Assembly (NCBI GenBank): GCA_944381325.1
Contig: CALWKS010000003.1
Coordinates: 198,296-262,295, forward strand
Direction of reading: 5' to 3'
Length of the DNA stretch: 64,000 bases
Origin: an uncultured Christensenellaceae bacterium
Lineage (GTDB): Bacteria > Bacillota > Clostridia > Christensenellales > UBA3700
Both the position numbers and the translations under genes were made by a program. Every line of letters begins with the position of its first letter. Position 1 is the first letter of the stretch. The notes below the pieces were generated by a model. The model did not search any database and had not been told where the DNA came from. It worked only from the letters and a program-made list of their open reading frames with translations. Below, one piece after another: positions 49,012 through 58,823 of this stretch.

Positions 49012-52000
49012 TCAATTGAGCAAATCGAGAGATTCGCTCTTTTCGAATCTGAGGTATGCAATGCCGTATCTGGGATCGCCGACGTTGTTGAAACTCTTTG
49101 CGGCTTCGCTCAATATATACGGGCGTCTGTCGTCGGTATTTCCGTCGTAAAGCGAGCAGTACCATACATAGCTTTCAGAAATCACGTCTCTGACAGTAAT
49201 TACAAACGTATGCGTATACTGTCCCATACCTGGCAGATCTATCGTGTAAGTGTAATTTACGAGTTCTGAATCGAAGATGTTGGATATCAGCTTCTGCGTG
49301 CTGGTCTCTTCTCCCGGATTTACGTTTTCGTCGCCGAACAACGTCTTGTCATAACCTGCGCTCTTGAGAATTCTGTTCATTATCTCACATTCTTCATCTG
49401 AAAGCGTGTTGACGAAAATTCTTGTATCCTTTTCAGAATTTCCGCTCTCAAGTCTGATCTGCGCAGTAATGAATATCTCCTGAGGAACAAGTTTATTGCC
49501 CTTGTTTTCAGTATTGATAAGGTTTGCAGTGGAAACCTTGAGCGTTATAAGCATATACGAGTTGGTATTGGGATCAGCGTCAGCTCCGCCGGCATTCGCT
49601 TTATCTACAACAGGCAGACCGAAATAAGATCTGACAGCATTGTTGCGCTGCATCTCTTCGTCATTGCCGTTGACGTATGCGGGAAGAATGTAAGACTGAT
49701 AGAACTCGATATCGCCTTCGTTTCCGCCTACGATATCGGTAAAGCTGTCGCCTGACATCTTCTTGACCATATAAGCGTCCATAAACTGAGCGGTAACGGT
49801 AGCGCTTGCAACGCCCTGATCGATACCTCCTTCGATAAAGAATGCCGAATTCTCGCCGTTGTCATCGCCTACGTTCTCAGCGTTATACGCGCTGTTTGAA
49901 TAAGCGTAGTCTCCAAGCCCCTCATGCAGCCCCTTTATCGTAGAACGCATCGCTTCGCCTGAAGGCTTCTCTTCACCGACCTCGGTATAGATATTGTTCA
50001 CTGCAAGTTCAAAGACTGTTGAGAGCTGGATTCCTCCCTCTTCTTCGCTCTTTTCAACGAAATCAATATCCACTTTTCCGTCAGCAGTCATATCGTCGAA
50101 AGCACCGGAGAGTTTGTTCTTTATGGTAAGTTCGAGTCCTTCTTTGCTGAGCTCCTGTCCGTCCCCTGTAGAAGTCTGTCCCGAGAAGCGTTTTACGAAG
50201 AAGAGCATCTTGTCAAGCTGATCGTCGGCAATCGAATTGACGTTTACCGAAGGCTCATAGCCTGTGATCTGATCTGTGGTTTCGTCGATCATAACTGCGA
50301 TATCTACGATGATATCAACGTCGTACGGGAACAAAGTCGAATATTTCTTGTTCTGCGCTATAGTCTCTGCGTCCTCTCCAGTTACGTTCTCAAAAGAAAT
50401 ATCTCCGTTTATTCTCATACGGATATTGGGGTTGCCCTGTCCGTCAAGATAAATGAGAATATACTCAACTTTGCTCGTCGGCAGAATCTGCATAAGATTG
50501 TCAAGCTTGCCCGATTCGTTTACAATGTTTGCGAATTCAAACTGGCTCAGATAAGGATAAAGTTCTTCATAAGACGCAGCGTCGTCAAGAAGTCCGCTCT
50601 TGCCGTTCTCAGCACTCATCCTGAGTCTGTTCTGATAATCGCCGCTCACGGTCTTGAGCATATTCTGGATATTGCCTACAGACCAGTCTTCGTCTTCGCC
50701 GATATTGATATAATATTTGTTGCTTATTTCGTTTACGAAATTGTCAACGCCTGTCGCAGAGGTGGTCTCATCGATGTTGCTTTCAACATCCGTGCCTGTT
50801 GCGTCATACTTATAAGTCTTTGAAAGGATAAGATACATTTCCTCTCCGCTCATCTTGTATTTTGCGTTGAATTCGTCTTCAGTCATCGACGCATCCTGTT
50901 CAGGGTCGTAACTGAGTTTTTCGTTGTTGGCAAGAATTTCAAATATATTGGGAAGAATCGCTCCGCCCTGAGCAGAACCGGACGATGAAACGAATTCGAT
51001 CCCTGTGCCCATATTCTTCTCGATATCCGTGAAAGCCTGATAAATCTTCTCGTTGAGCTGAGCCTCGAGTTCGTCAAATGTCATGCCGGATACCTGACCA
51101 GCAGGATCGTCTCCGCCTTCACCCTGAGACGAGTTTTTCTTCTGAACGGCGGCAAGCAGACTCATCAGCGTTTCAAAATGCTGACGACTCATCTCGTTGC
51201 CCTTTTTATTTATATCGACGTGCGCAACGCTGGGGTCAGTATCAGTTCCTTCATACTGCGTATAAGTCAGGAAAACGTATATCGATTCAGGAAGCAACTG
51301 TTTTACGAGCTTTTTCATGCTCTCATTGTCTTTAAGCTGAGCGTCGATAGTTCCTGTAAGATCAAGTTCTATCGTTATGCGCAAAGTGAAATAATCGCCC
51401 TTGACGTCATCCGTACCTGTCTCCGTGCAGCTAACGTCCATAATCCACGGCTCCATATTCTCAATTGTGTAAGCCTGGTTTTTCAGATAACCGTTGAGGA
51501 GTGCTGCAAGAGTCTTTTCATCTGCAAAAGGTCTGAAATCTCCGCCGTCGCCGTAGTCAAGTCCTTCCTGAATTTTGTCGCGGATTTCTATTTTCTGCAA
51601 AGTCTCTTCTTCTTCAGAGAAGGAGTTGAGTTTCGTGAACAAGTTGTTTGCAGTAATGTAATATTCGTCGCTGCCTTCTATCTTGTTGTTGAAATAATAC
51701 TTTTCGCTGAATTCTCCGTTGATGAAATTGTTTGCCGCAAGGATCTGAGCTTCTTCGGTATAACCGTCTACGCCGATAGATTCAGCCGTGGGAAGTTTCA
51801 CGTCTCTTATCAGCGCAAGGAAATCGCCCTGAGTCAGATTTTCAGCGCCCAGCATATTGATGACCGCCTGTATAGGCTTGGTGTCAACGCTTCCTGTGGG
51901 AGTGAAGTTTATCGGAATAAGCTCATTGACCTTTGCGATCGTATCGTATACTTTATGGTTGATACTTTCAAGCAGAGGCTCTTTATTGCCGTCGGAATCG

Positions 52001-53106
52001 CTTGTCAGCATGAATCTGTTGAGCAACTTGTTCACGGCATCCTGCTGATATCCTTCCATATTGTTTATAAGCACCTGAGAGCTCCATGTCTGCTGGTTTG
52101 GGAATACGCTTGCCGTAATATAAAGCGTCTTGGGCAGAATCGAAGGGATCATATCTGCAAGAGAACTTACAATTCCTGGGACTTCCTTACCCTGGAAAAG
52201 ATTTGCAAGCAACTTTTCTTTATTATTCTGCAGCGCTGTCTTTGCCGCGTCGCGTATATTCAGTTTGAGAGTGACCTGAACGCGGACGTCCTTCTGTTCA
52301 AGCACGGTAGCTTCGTCTATGATAACCTGCTGAACAGATATAAAGTCAGCAACCTTTACGCCGTATTCGCTTTCTATCTGCTTAAGAGGATCGATATCGC
52401 CTATCGAAGAAAAAGCTTCGTTGAGCACTGCCGCCAGCTCTTTATCCGTAAGTTCGAGCATTTCTTTTTCAAGGGTTTCCTGATCCTTGCCTTCGAGAAC
52501 GCTGAAGTCGAATTCAAGACTTTCAAGCAGATCGTCCAGCGCGGGATTGCCCGTTATCGATCCGTTTGCACCTATTTCAGGCGCGCTTTCGTCCGACATG
52601 ATAAGCTTACCGCCGTTTGAAAGAGTCGTGTCGGCATTCTCTCCGCTTTCTCCGTTCTCTCCATTAGTCATGCTTGAAAGTAATCCGCTGACGATATCTT
52701 CAACGCTTATTTCACATTCCTGAGAAAGATACAGTCCCTTTTTAAGGTCTGTGTAAAAACTCTCGAGATCTGCTTCCGGATCGTAAGGATTGGTTACGAC
52801 TCCCGAGCCGTCTTTGTACATCTCGGCAACCGTGCTTACTGCCTGCGGCAATGTCAGCCCTGTGGGCTCTTTGCCGTACATATCCCAAGCAACAAACGAG
52901 CCTGTAACCATTGCGGAAACAAATATAACCAAAAGACTTACGCAGGCAAAACCTGTAAAGAAGCGTCTTTTATTCCTTTTTTTATTGATTTTAACCGCGT
53001 CCTTTTCAGTAAGATAAGAATTATCTCTTACATAAAGACTGTCGTTTTCGGTTGCAGCCTTTGAGCCTACTTTCTTCAGCTTCAGATCTTTAATTTTCTT
53101 ACCCAT
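49012..53106 (-). CDS. giant (1364 aa) acidic, single-pass membrane-anchored protein of unknown function
   Basis: ATG 53106 with SD AGGAG 8 nt upstream (GTG 53112 is an alternative). Basic N-terminus, TM FFTGFACVSLLVIFVSAMVTGSFVAW, then about 1290 aa with no recognised domain. Confidence 0.75.
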   Translation of the reverse strand: MGKKIKDLKLKKVGSKAATENDSLYVRDNSYLTEKDAVKINKKRNKRRFFTGFACVSLLVIFVSAMVTGSFVAWDMYGKEPTGLTLPQAVSTVAEMYKDGSGVVTNPYDPEADLESFYTDLKKGLYLSQECEISVEDIVSGLLSSMTNGENGESGENADTTLSNGGKLIMSDESAPEIGANGSITGNPALDDLLESLEFDFSVLEGKDQETLEKEMLELTDKELAAVLNEAFSSIGDIDPLKQIESEYGVKVADFISVQQVIIDEATVLEQKDVRVQVTLKLNIRDAAKTALQNNKEKLLANLFQGKEVPGIVSSLADMIPSILPKTLYITASVFPNQQTWSSQVLINNMEGYQQDAVNKLLNRFMLTSDSDGNKEPLLESINHKVYDTIAKVNELIPINFTPTGSVDTKPIQAVINMLGAENLTQGDFLALIRDVKLPTAESIGVDGYTEEAQILAANNFINGEFSEKYYFNNKIEGSDEYYITANNLFTKLNSFSEEEETLQKIEIRDKIQEGLDYGDGGDFRPFADEKTLAALLNGYLKNQAYTIENMEPWIMDVSCTETGTDDVKGDYFTLRITIELDLTGTIDAQLKDNESMKKLVKQLLPESIYVFLTYTQYEGTDTDPSVAHVDINKKGNEMSRQHFETLMSLLAAVQKKNSSQGEGGDDPAGQVSGMTFDELEAQLNEKIYQAFTDIEKNMGTGIEFVSSSGSAQGGAILPNIFEILANNEKLSYDPEQDASMTEDEFNAKYKMSGEEMYLILSKTYKYDATGTDVESNIDETTSATGVDNFVNEISNKYYINIGEDEDWSVGNIQNMLKTVSGDYQNRLRMSAENGKSGLLDDAASYEELYPYLSQFEFANIVNESGKLDNLMQILPTSKVEYILIYLDGQGNPNIRMRINGDISFENVTGEDAETIAQNKKYSTLFPYDVDIIVDIAVMIDETTDQITGYEPSVNVNSIADDQLDKMLFFVKRFSGQTSTGDGQELSKEGLELTIKNKLSGAFDDMTADGKVDIDFVEKSEEEGGIQLSTVFELAVNNIYTEVGEEKPSGEAMRSTIKGLHEGLGDYAYSNSAYNAENVGDDNGENSAFFIEGGIDQGVASATVTAQFMDAYMVKKMSGDSFTDIVGGNEGDIEFYQSYILPAYVNGNDEEMQRNNAVRSYFGLPVVDKANAGGADADPNTNSYMLITLKVSTANLINTENKGNKLVPQEIFITAQIRLESGNSEKDTRIFVNTLSDEECEIMNRILKSAGYDKTLFGDENVNPGEETSTQKLISNIFDSELVNYTYTIDLPGMGQYTHTFVITVRDVISESYVWYCSLYDGNTDDRRPYILSEAAKSFNNVGDPRYGIAYLRFEKSESLDLLN

Positions 53107-53308
53107 ACCCACATCTCCTGTTCGAGAGTATTATATTTTAGAATATTATAACACATTTTTTTGTTTTTGTATATATGTTTATAAATATATATAAGGAAAA
53201 AACAGGGTTTTTCTGATTTTGATAACAGGATTTTTCATTTCTTTATAGTTTGTTTTAATAATTTACGCTTATTTTACACTCCGTATATCTTCTCTCAACA
53301 TTTCTCTG

Positions 53309-53338
53309 TTGACAAATAAACTCTTTAAACGCTATAAT
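53309..53338 (+). promoter_or_regulatory. sigma-A type promoter candidate for SGNH hydrolase gene (TTGACA-18-TATAAT)
   Basis: TTGACA 53309..53314, 18-nt spacer, TATAAT 53333..53338. Confidence 0.65.
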
Positions 53339-53391
53339 CCAGTTATCAGCTGCTGCATAGCCGCAATTTTTGAAATATGGAGAAAACGGAT

Positions 53392-54123
53392 ATGACTGAC
53401 AATTTCAAAAACGAAAAAAGAAGACTTGTTGCGTTCTTTACCGTAACTGCCGCATTATTGATTGTACTTAGCGTTTTCCTTGCATATTACGCGGCATACG
53501 GAGATATTCTTTTCACAATTCTCGGCAGCAAATCGGCAAAAGTGAAAAAGTACACAGAACTCAACGCTTCCGCTCAGAAAGGACAGACAGTTTTCTTCGG
53601 AGATTCTCTTACCGAATTTTACGATACTGACAGCGCCTTCCCGTCTTTTGCCAGCTACAACAGAGGTATATCGGGCGACACGACGGACGGTATGTTGTCA
53701 AGACTGGACAGCAACCTTCTCGCTCTTGAGCCCTCCAGAATCGTATTTCTCGGAGGAGCAAACGATCTCAACCACGGACTTTCTCCCGATGAGATAGTCT
53801 CCAACATCAAAGAAATTCTGTCAAAAATCAAAACCTCTCTTCCCGAATGCGAAGTTTATGTCGAGACTCTTTACCCCGTAAATCCAGATACTCGTCCCGT
53901 ATATCTCAACAGCGTTGCTGACCGGAAGAACGAAGATATCCTCAAAATAAACGCCGCGCTCGCACCTCTCTGCGAAGAAATGGGAGTTACCCTTATAAAC
54001 GTGCACGATTCTCTTACCGATGCAGACGGAAAGCTCAGAGAAGAACTTACGATGGACGGGCTTCACGTAAACAAAGACGGATACTCAATAGTAACAAACA
54101 TTCTTTCAGAATATCTTCTTTAA
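53392..54123 (+). CDS. membrane-anchored SGNH/GDSL hydrolase
   Basis: FFGDSLTE (Ser block), GGANDL, DGLHVN (Asp-His). N-terminal TM. ATG 53392 has SD GGAG 8 nt upstream; the ORF opens at 53377. Confidence 0.8.
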   Translation: MTDNFKNEKRRLVAFFTVTAALLIVLSVFLAYYAAYGDILFTILGSKSAKVKKYTELNASAQKGQTVFFGDSLTEFYDTDSAFPSFASYNRGISGDTTDGMLSRLDSNLLALEPSRIVFLGGANDLNHGLSPDEIVSNIKEILSKIKTSLPECEVYVETLYPVNPDTRPVYLNSVADRKNEDILKINAALAPLCEEMGVTLINVHDSLTDADGKLREELTMDGLHVNKDGYSIVTNILSEYLL

Positions 54124-54149
54124 AACAGATACTGCAAATTTAATAGAAT

Positions 54150-54186
54150 AAAAAGCCGACGGAATTCCGTCGGCTTTTTGTTTTTA
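54150..54186 (+). terminator. rho-independent terminator after SGNH gene
   Basis: AAAAGCCGACGG aatt CCGTCGGCTTTTTG. Confidence 0.85.
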
Positions 54187-54353
54187 ATCCCGAACTGTTT
54201 TGTATTCTGTAAACCGTATTGCCCATTACCCGGGTTTCTCTACTTTTACGACCTTACTTCTGTTATTTAAAGCAAAAAGCGATACTTATCTGATAAAAGC
54301 GCAATCTTAAGATACAATTCTTAAGTTTTTTAAGCACTTTTTTGTATTTCAAA

Positions 54354-54392
54354 TAAAAAAACCGCGCCCCTTGCCTTTACAAGAAGCGCGGT
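54354..54392 (-). terminator. rho-independent terminator after membrane protein gene
   Basis: ACCGCGC..CTTG / CAAG..GCGCGGT. The A-run on plus gives a U-tail on minus. Confidence 0.7.
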
Positions 54393-54411
54393 CTGATTTT
54401 AAATTTCACCT

Positions 54412-54942
54412 TCAGCTCTTGATCGCTGCGCCTATAGCCGCACCGCCGCCGAGTACGCCGCCTACGGTAAGCAGATAGCAGCCGATTGCCGGAAGCGTGG
54501 TCGAAGATGCGAGCGAGCCGATATCCACTGCATATTCCTTGCCCATAAGGAAGGTAAATACGATAGCAAGTACGCCGCATACAAGGCCGATAATACCTGC
54601 AACGCCGCCGATTATGCCCAGCAATTTAAGTCTGATTATCAGCTTGAGTATAAAGAGTACGGCAGCAGCCGCAACAGCAGCCGCAGCTATCCATGCAAAC
54701 ATATTCGTAACTACGAAATATTTAACTTCACTGTCGAGTTTATTTGCATTTTCATTGAGTTCTGTCCAGTCCTGCAGAGTCATGGTGCTGTCGGTAGAAG
54801 CGCCGATGAGATCTGACTTTGTCTCAGTATTAGTCCAATCAAGGAACAGACCCGTAAACGCAAGCGCTGCGCCTACGATCATTACCAGAACGAGAACCAG
54901 CGAAACTGTGCTCATTCCTTTACTTTTTCTCTTCTTTGCCAT
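54412..54942 (-). CDS. hypothetical membrane protein (about 4 TM, Ala/Gly-rich)
   Basis: Trimmed to MAKKRKSKGMSTVSLVLVLV (SD AAAGGAGG). No family recognised. Confidence 0.55.
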   Translation of the reverse strand: MAKKRKSKGMSTVSLVLVLVMIVGAALAFTGLFLDWTNTETKSDLIGASTDSTMTLQDWTELNENANKLDSEVKYFVVTNMFAWIAAAAVAAAAVLFILKLIIRLKLLGIIGGVAGIIGLVCGVLAIVFTFLMGKEYAVDIGSLASSTTLPAIGCYLLTVGGVLGGGAAIGAAIKS

Positions 54943-55198
54943 AATATAAACCTCCTTTGGCTTTAAAAAAAATCGAGATGGCGCAATTGTGGCATACCAT
55001 CTCAAATCTACTTTTTAATTATAACATTATTGCGCGCGCGTGTCAACGGACAAATTTTCAATAAAAGTATCTTATTTTACAAGGTGTTTGATTATATTGC
55101 GTAAATAGCAATGAGTGATTTAACCTCTATAAAAAATATAATAAAAAAAGAGCGCCAAGTAAGCGCTCAGTCTTTCCGACTCAATTGTTCGGTTAAAT

Positions 55199-55672
55199 TC
55201 AGTTTTTGATATGTCTTTTCCCGCTTAAAGACAATACCGTAAGTTTCAGAACAGCAGTCTGCGGTATCATAGCCGCATTGAAAGGAAAATCTTCTCTTCT
55301 GTAATGTCTCATAAGTATCCTGAGAGCCTTTTCCTTATCTTCTCCGTCCTCTATAAACTCTATTCTGCCTCGTCCGACAACGCTTTCGTATTCAGTGGTA
55401 CAGTTGCCCTTTTCTTCGTCAAAGATAAGTCTTTGAGAGCAATCCGCTTCAAAAGAAACACGATCGTTTTTCTTTATAAGCTCAAGCTTTGTGCCTTCCT
55501 TCGCGCTGTGAAAATACAGAGTGAGTTTTTCGCCTTCTCTTTGCAACCCGAAGCTCAGCGGAACGATATACGGGAATTCCCCGTCATTAACCGCAATGCG
55601 ACATACTTCACATTTTTCAAGGACCCCGACGATTTCGTCGAAGTCCTTGATTTCTCTGTCTTTTCTTCTCAT
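55199..55672 (-). CDS. pyridoxamine 5'-phosphate oxidase-family flavin-binding protein
   Basis: Trimmed to MRRKDREIKDFDEIVGVLEKCEVCRIAVNDGEFPYIVPLSFG, the typical N-terminus of this family. Confidence 0.75.
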   Translation of the reverse strand: MRRKDREIKDFDEIVGVLEKCEVCRIAVNDGEFPYIVPLSFGLQREGEKLTLYFHSAKEGTKLELIKKNDRVSFEADCSQRLIFDEEKGNCTTEYESVVGRGRIEFIEDGEDKEKALRILMRHYRREDFPFNAAMIPQTAVLKLTVLSLSGKRHIKN

Positions 55673-55683
55673 AGAGTAAGGTA

Positions 55684-56961
55684 TTATTCCCACTCGATAG
55701 TGCCTGTCGGCTTCGGAGTCATATCGAAGCATACGCGGTTGACGCCCTTGACCTCTTTGATGATTCTTGCAACGATCTTATCCATAACAGCCCAGTCAAC
55801 GTGCTCGATTGTTGCTGTCATTGCATCGACGGTATTTACGGCGCGGATGATTACAGGCCATTCGAATGAACGAGCGTTGTCTCTTACGCCGACTGACTTG
55901 ACGTCGGGGATAAGGGTGAAATACTGCCAAACCTTGCCCTGCAAGCCTGCTTTTGCAAACTCTTCACGCAGAATAGCGTCTGATTCTCTTACCGCTTCAA
56001 GTCTGTCTCTGGTGATAGCGCCGAGACATCTTACGCCGAGACCGGGACCCGGGAACGGCTGACGGTATACCATATCGTCGGGAAGACCGAGAGCCTTGCC
56101 GCAAGCACGCACCTCGTCTTTGAAGAGGTATTTGAGCGGCTCGACAAGCTCAAACTTGAGATCATCGGGGAGGCCTCCAACGTTGTGGTGAGACTTAACG
56201 ATCTTATTTGTCTTTGTTCCGCTCTCAACGATGTCGGGATATATAGTACCCTGAGCAAGGAAGTCGATGCCGTCGAGTTTTCTCGCTTCTTCTTCGAATA
56301 CTCTGATAAACTCAGCGCCTATGATCTTTCTCTTCTTCTCAGGATCTGCAACGCCCGCAAGTTTGTCAAGGAATCTGTCAACGCTGTCAGAATATATCAG
56401 TGTCGCGCCCAGCTCTTCTCTGAATACTTTGACAACCTGCTCAGGCTCTCCCTTTCTGAGAAGACCGTGGTTTACGTGTACGCAGACGAGCTGCTTGCCG
56501 ATAGCCTTGATAAGCAGAGCCGCAACTACAGAGCTGTCTACGCCGCCCGAAAGCGCGAGAAGAACTTTCTTGTCTCCTATCTGCTTTCTGAGGAGCTCTA
56601 CCTGGTCGTCTATAAAGTTCTGCATATTCCAGTTAGCCTCGCAACCGCACTTGTCGAACACAAAGGATTTAAGGTCGGCTTCTTTGATCGAAGCGCACTT
56701 GTCAGTAGCGTGATTGAGTGCGACAACGGGAACTTGAGCGTTGTAAATCTCTTCGCTTACGTCGATCTTAACGCCGTCTATCACGTTGTTGGGTCCGCCG
56801 TTGAGGATTATACCCTTTACGTTGGGGAGTGCCGCAAGCTGCTTTGCGGTGATATCGTGAGGATGAATTTCACTGTAAACGCCCAGCGCGCGGATATCTC
56901 TGGCAAGCTGAGAATTATTTTCGCTTCCCAGGTCGAGGATAACTATCATATCTTGTTTCAT
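55684..56961 (-). CDS. guaA: GMP synthase with intact ATP-pyrophosphatase/dimerisation domains and a vestigial glutaminase domain
   Basis: SGGVDSSV P-loop, KSHHNVGGLP, the PFPGPGLGVR block and a C-terminal TIEWE. The N-terminal domain is only about 105 aa and lacks the GxCxG nucleophile. Confidence 0.85.
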   Translation of the reverse strand: MKQDMIVILDLGSENNSQLARDIRALGVYSEIHPHDITAKQLAALPNVKGIILNGGPNNVIDGVKIDVSEEIYNAQVPVVALNHATDKCASIKEADLKSFVFDKCGCEANWNMQNFIDDQVELLRKQIGDKKVLLALSGGVDSSVVAALLIKAIGKQLVCVHVNHGLLRKGEPEQVVKVFREELGATLIYSDSVDRFLDKLAGVADPEKKRKIIGAEFIRVFEEEARKLDGIDFLAQGTIYPDIVESGTKTNKIVKSHHNVGGLPDDLKFELVEPLKYLFKDEVRACGKALGLPDDMVYRQPFPGPGLGVRCLGAITRDRLEAVRESDAILREEFAKAGLQGKVWQYFTLIPDVKSVGVRDNARSFEWPVIIRAVNTVDAMTATIEHVDWAVMDKIVARIIKEVKGVNRVCFDMTPKPTGTIEWE

Positions 56962-56989
56962 ATCTGTTCTCCTTGGTTTTTATGTAATA

Positions 56990-57019
56990 AATGTATCACC
57001 AAACAGACGTATATGTCAA
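56990..57019 (-). promoter_or_regulatory. promoter candidate for guaA (TTGACA-18-TACATT, TG-extended)
   Basis: On the minus strand, TTGACA (57019..57014), 18 nt, then TGaTACATT (ending at 56990). Confidence 0.4.
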
Positions 57020-57041
57020 TCCGTTTGAATTTGTTTGCTTT

Positions 57042-58679
57042 TCAGTTGAATACAAAATTTTCTGACGACGAACTGACCTCGGAATTTACAATTCCGTCGC
57101 GCTCGTCATAGTAACCGACGTTGGTGAACGGACGCGTATTCACGCTTCTGGGTTTTACGTTGAAAGCCGTTGCCTTTACGTTGTCAACGTTGTACATATA
57201 AAGTCCGTATACGGGCATATCGTGATAAGTGCTCAGTTCATGCGATATCAGATACATATGCGACACACGTGTTATCTCGGGATATCCGTTCATATTGGAG
57301 TGGAGCACGTCGTTGCCGTTATAAATATCAAGTTTTTCTCCGCACTCGCGGTATGCGATATTTATATTGTCAAGCACAACGTTCTTTACGGGGTACACCT
57401 GATCTTTATATTCACAACCTACCACCGCACTAGCTATATCGACGTCTTTTGCGTATATATTCTTTACGGTAACGCCGTCAATGCTTCCGACAGCGCCGTT
57501 GCTGCCCTTGTCTTTGTCGAGCCTGCACCCCAGCCATATAAGCAATGCTGATGGCACGTTGTTCATCACTATATCGCTTACAGTTACCGCGCTTATGTTT
57601 GCGCCGTCTGCAGATTCGATCGCTATACCGGAGTTGCCGCCCGCTATCTCTGCGGTAAAGAAATAACAGTCGCTGACCGTAATATCAGACACGTCATACC
57701 CCGTTTCTGTCCCTATCTTGAAATTGTTGGCAAGAGACATTATCTCGCAATCTGTAACGGTAACGTTGTGTATCTCGCCCACGTTGGATTTAAGAACTAT
57801 TCCGTCGTCGCCCGTAGCTATGAAACACCGGGATATATCGACGTTGCTCGTACCGCAGACGTCTATTCCGTCGCTGTTGGCGACGTAAATATTGTTGTCT
57901 ATAACTACGTTTCTGATTTCCACTCCGTCGCACAGCTCGAGTTTGATCGTCCATGTCGAAGGCTCGTAGACGATAAGGTTTTCAAGCGCGATGTTTTCAC
58001 AGTCCCTCGCATAAAGAATATTGCATCCGAACTCTTCGCTCCTGCGGTTTCTGAGTCTGTCGCGGTAAGACAATACTTTCTTCTTAAGTTCAAAAGTTTC
58101 CTGCGGCAGATTTTTAGTGGGATTTGCGCTTTCCTTGGTATAATCCGTCCCGTTGCCGTCCAGCTTTCCCGGTCCTACGATACTCCAGTTGTCAACGCCT
58201 TCTGCCCGTATCAGCGCGCCGCTTAAAATAACGCGTTTTTCTTCCGCGCTGTAATCGTCGTAATCGGGAAGCTTAAGGACGCTGTCCTTTGCAATATAAA
58301 GCGTTACGCCGCTCAGCATATTTACCGTTCCCGTATAATAAACGCCGCCATCGACTTTCAGCACCGCTCCCGATGCGCTTGCCTCTTTCATAGCGTTGCT
58401 TATAGCCTCGGCATTTTCAACAGCGGATTTGTCCGTTGACGCGCCGTAGTCGCGTATGTCAACCACCGCTCTGCCGTCAAACGTCGGCGTTGCATAGTCA
58501 AGATATTCGTCGTAAGGCACGTTTGAAACGTGGGCGCCGTCTCCTTCTGTCAGATAATATTCTTTCATTTCAGGAAACACAACTTCTTTCTCTTTCCCGT
58601 CGTCGCATGCCGAAAGCGAAAACACCAGCGCAAACGCCATGACTGCAAGCAACGTGAAAACAGTTATCTTCTTTTTCAT
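57042..58679 (-). CDS. glycoside hydrolase family 28 (polygalacturonase-like) lipoprotein
   Basis: Lipobox FSLSAC. Right-handed beta-helix motifs NSDGIDV, TGDDGIVLKS, NFKIGTE. Confidence 0.72.
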   Translation of the reverse strand: MKKKITVFTLLAVMAFALVFSLSACDDGKEKEVVFPEMKEYYLTEGDGAHVSNVPYDEYLDYATPTFDGRAVVDIRDYGASTDKSAVENAEAISNAMKEASASGAVLKVDGGVYYTGTVNMLSGVTLYIAKDSVLKLPDYDDYSAEEKRVILSGALIRAEGVDNWSIVGPGKLDGNGTDYTKESANPTKNLPQETFELKKKVLSYRDRLRNRRSEEFGCNILYARDCENIALENLIVYEPSTWTIKLELCDGVEIRNVVIDNNIYVANSDGIDVCGTSNVDISRCFIATGDDGIVLKSNVGEIHNVTVTDCEIMSLANNFKIGTETGYDVSDITVSDCYFFTAEIAGGNSGIAIESADGANISAVTVSDIVMNNVPSALLIWLGCRLDKDKGSNGAVGSIDGVTVKNIYAKDVDIASAVVGCEYKDQVYPVKNVVLDNINIAYRECGEKLDIYNGNDVLHSNMNGYPEITRVSHMYLISHELSTYHDMPVYGLYMYNVDNVKATAFNVKPRSVNTRPFTNVGYYDERDGIVNSEVSSSSENFVFN

Positions 58680-58823
58680 ATTTACACACTCACGTTTCTG
58701 ATAAAATACGTTTTACTGCCCGATCGCCATTTTCAGGTCAAACTCCTAAAAGCATTAGACTGCTCTTTACTGCATTTAAACCCGTTACGGCGACGCTTAT
58801 ACAGCGCCGCCGCAAAGTACTAA

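Noticed and set aside
51178-52620. 480-aa ORF on the plus strand, antisense to the giant gene
   Set aside because: It lies entirely inside, and antisense to, a better-supported gene that has an SD, a TM anchor and coherent composition. Its translation is Cys/Phe/Arg-rich nonsense-like sequence. This is the typical shadow ORF that appears when the sense strand avoids TTA/CTA/TCA codons.
56962-57041. Looked for a purine riboswitch upstream of guaA
   Set aside because: The 80-nt gap is too short to hold both a promoter and a purine aptamer, and no aptamer-like junction motif is visible.
56185-57111. 308-aa plus-strand ORF antisense to guaA
   Set aside because: Shadow ORF. guaA on the minus strand is unambiguous.
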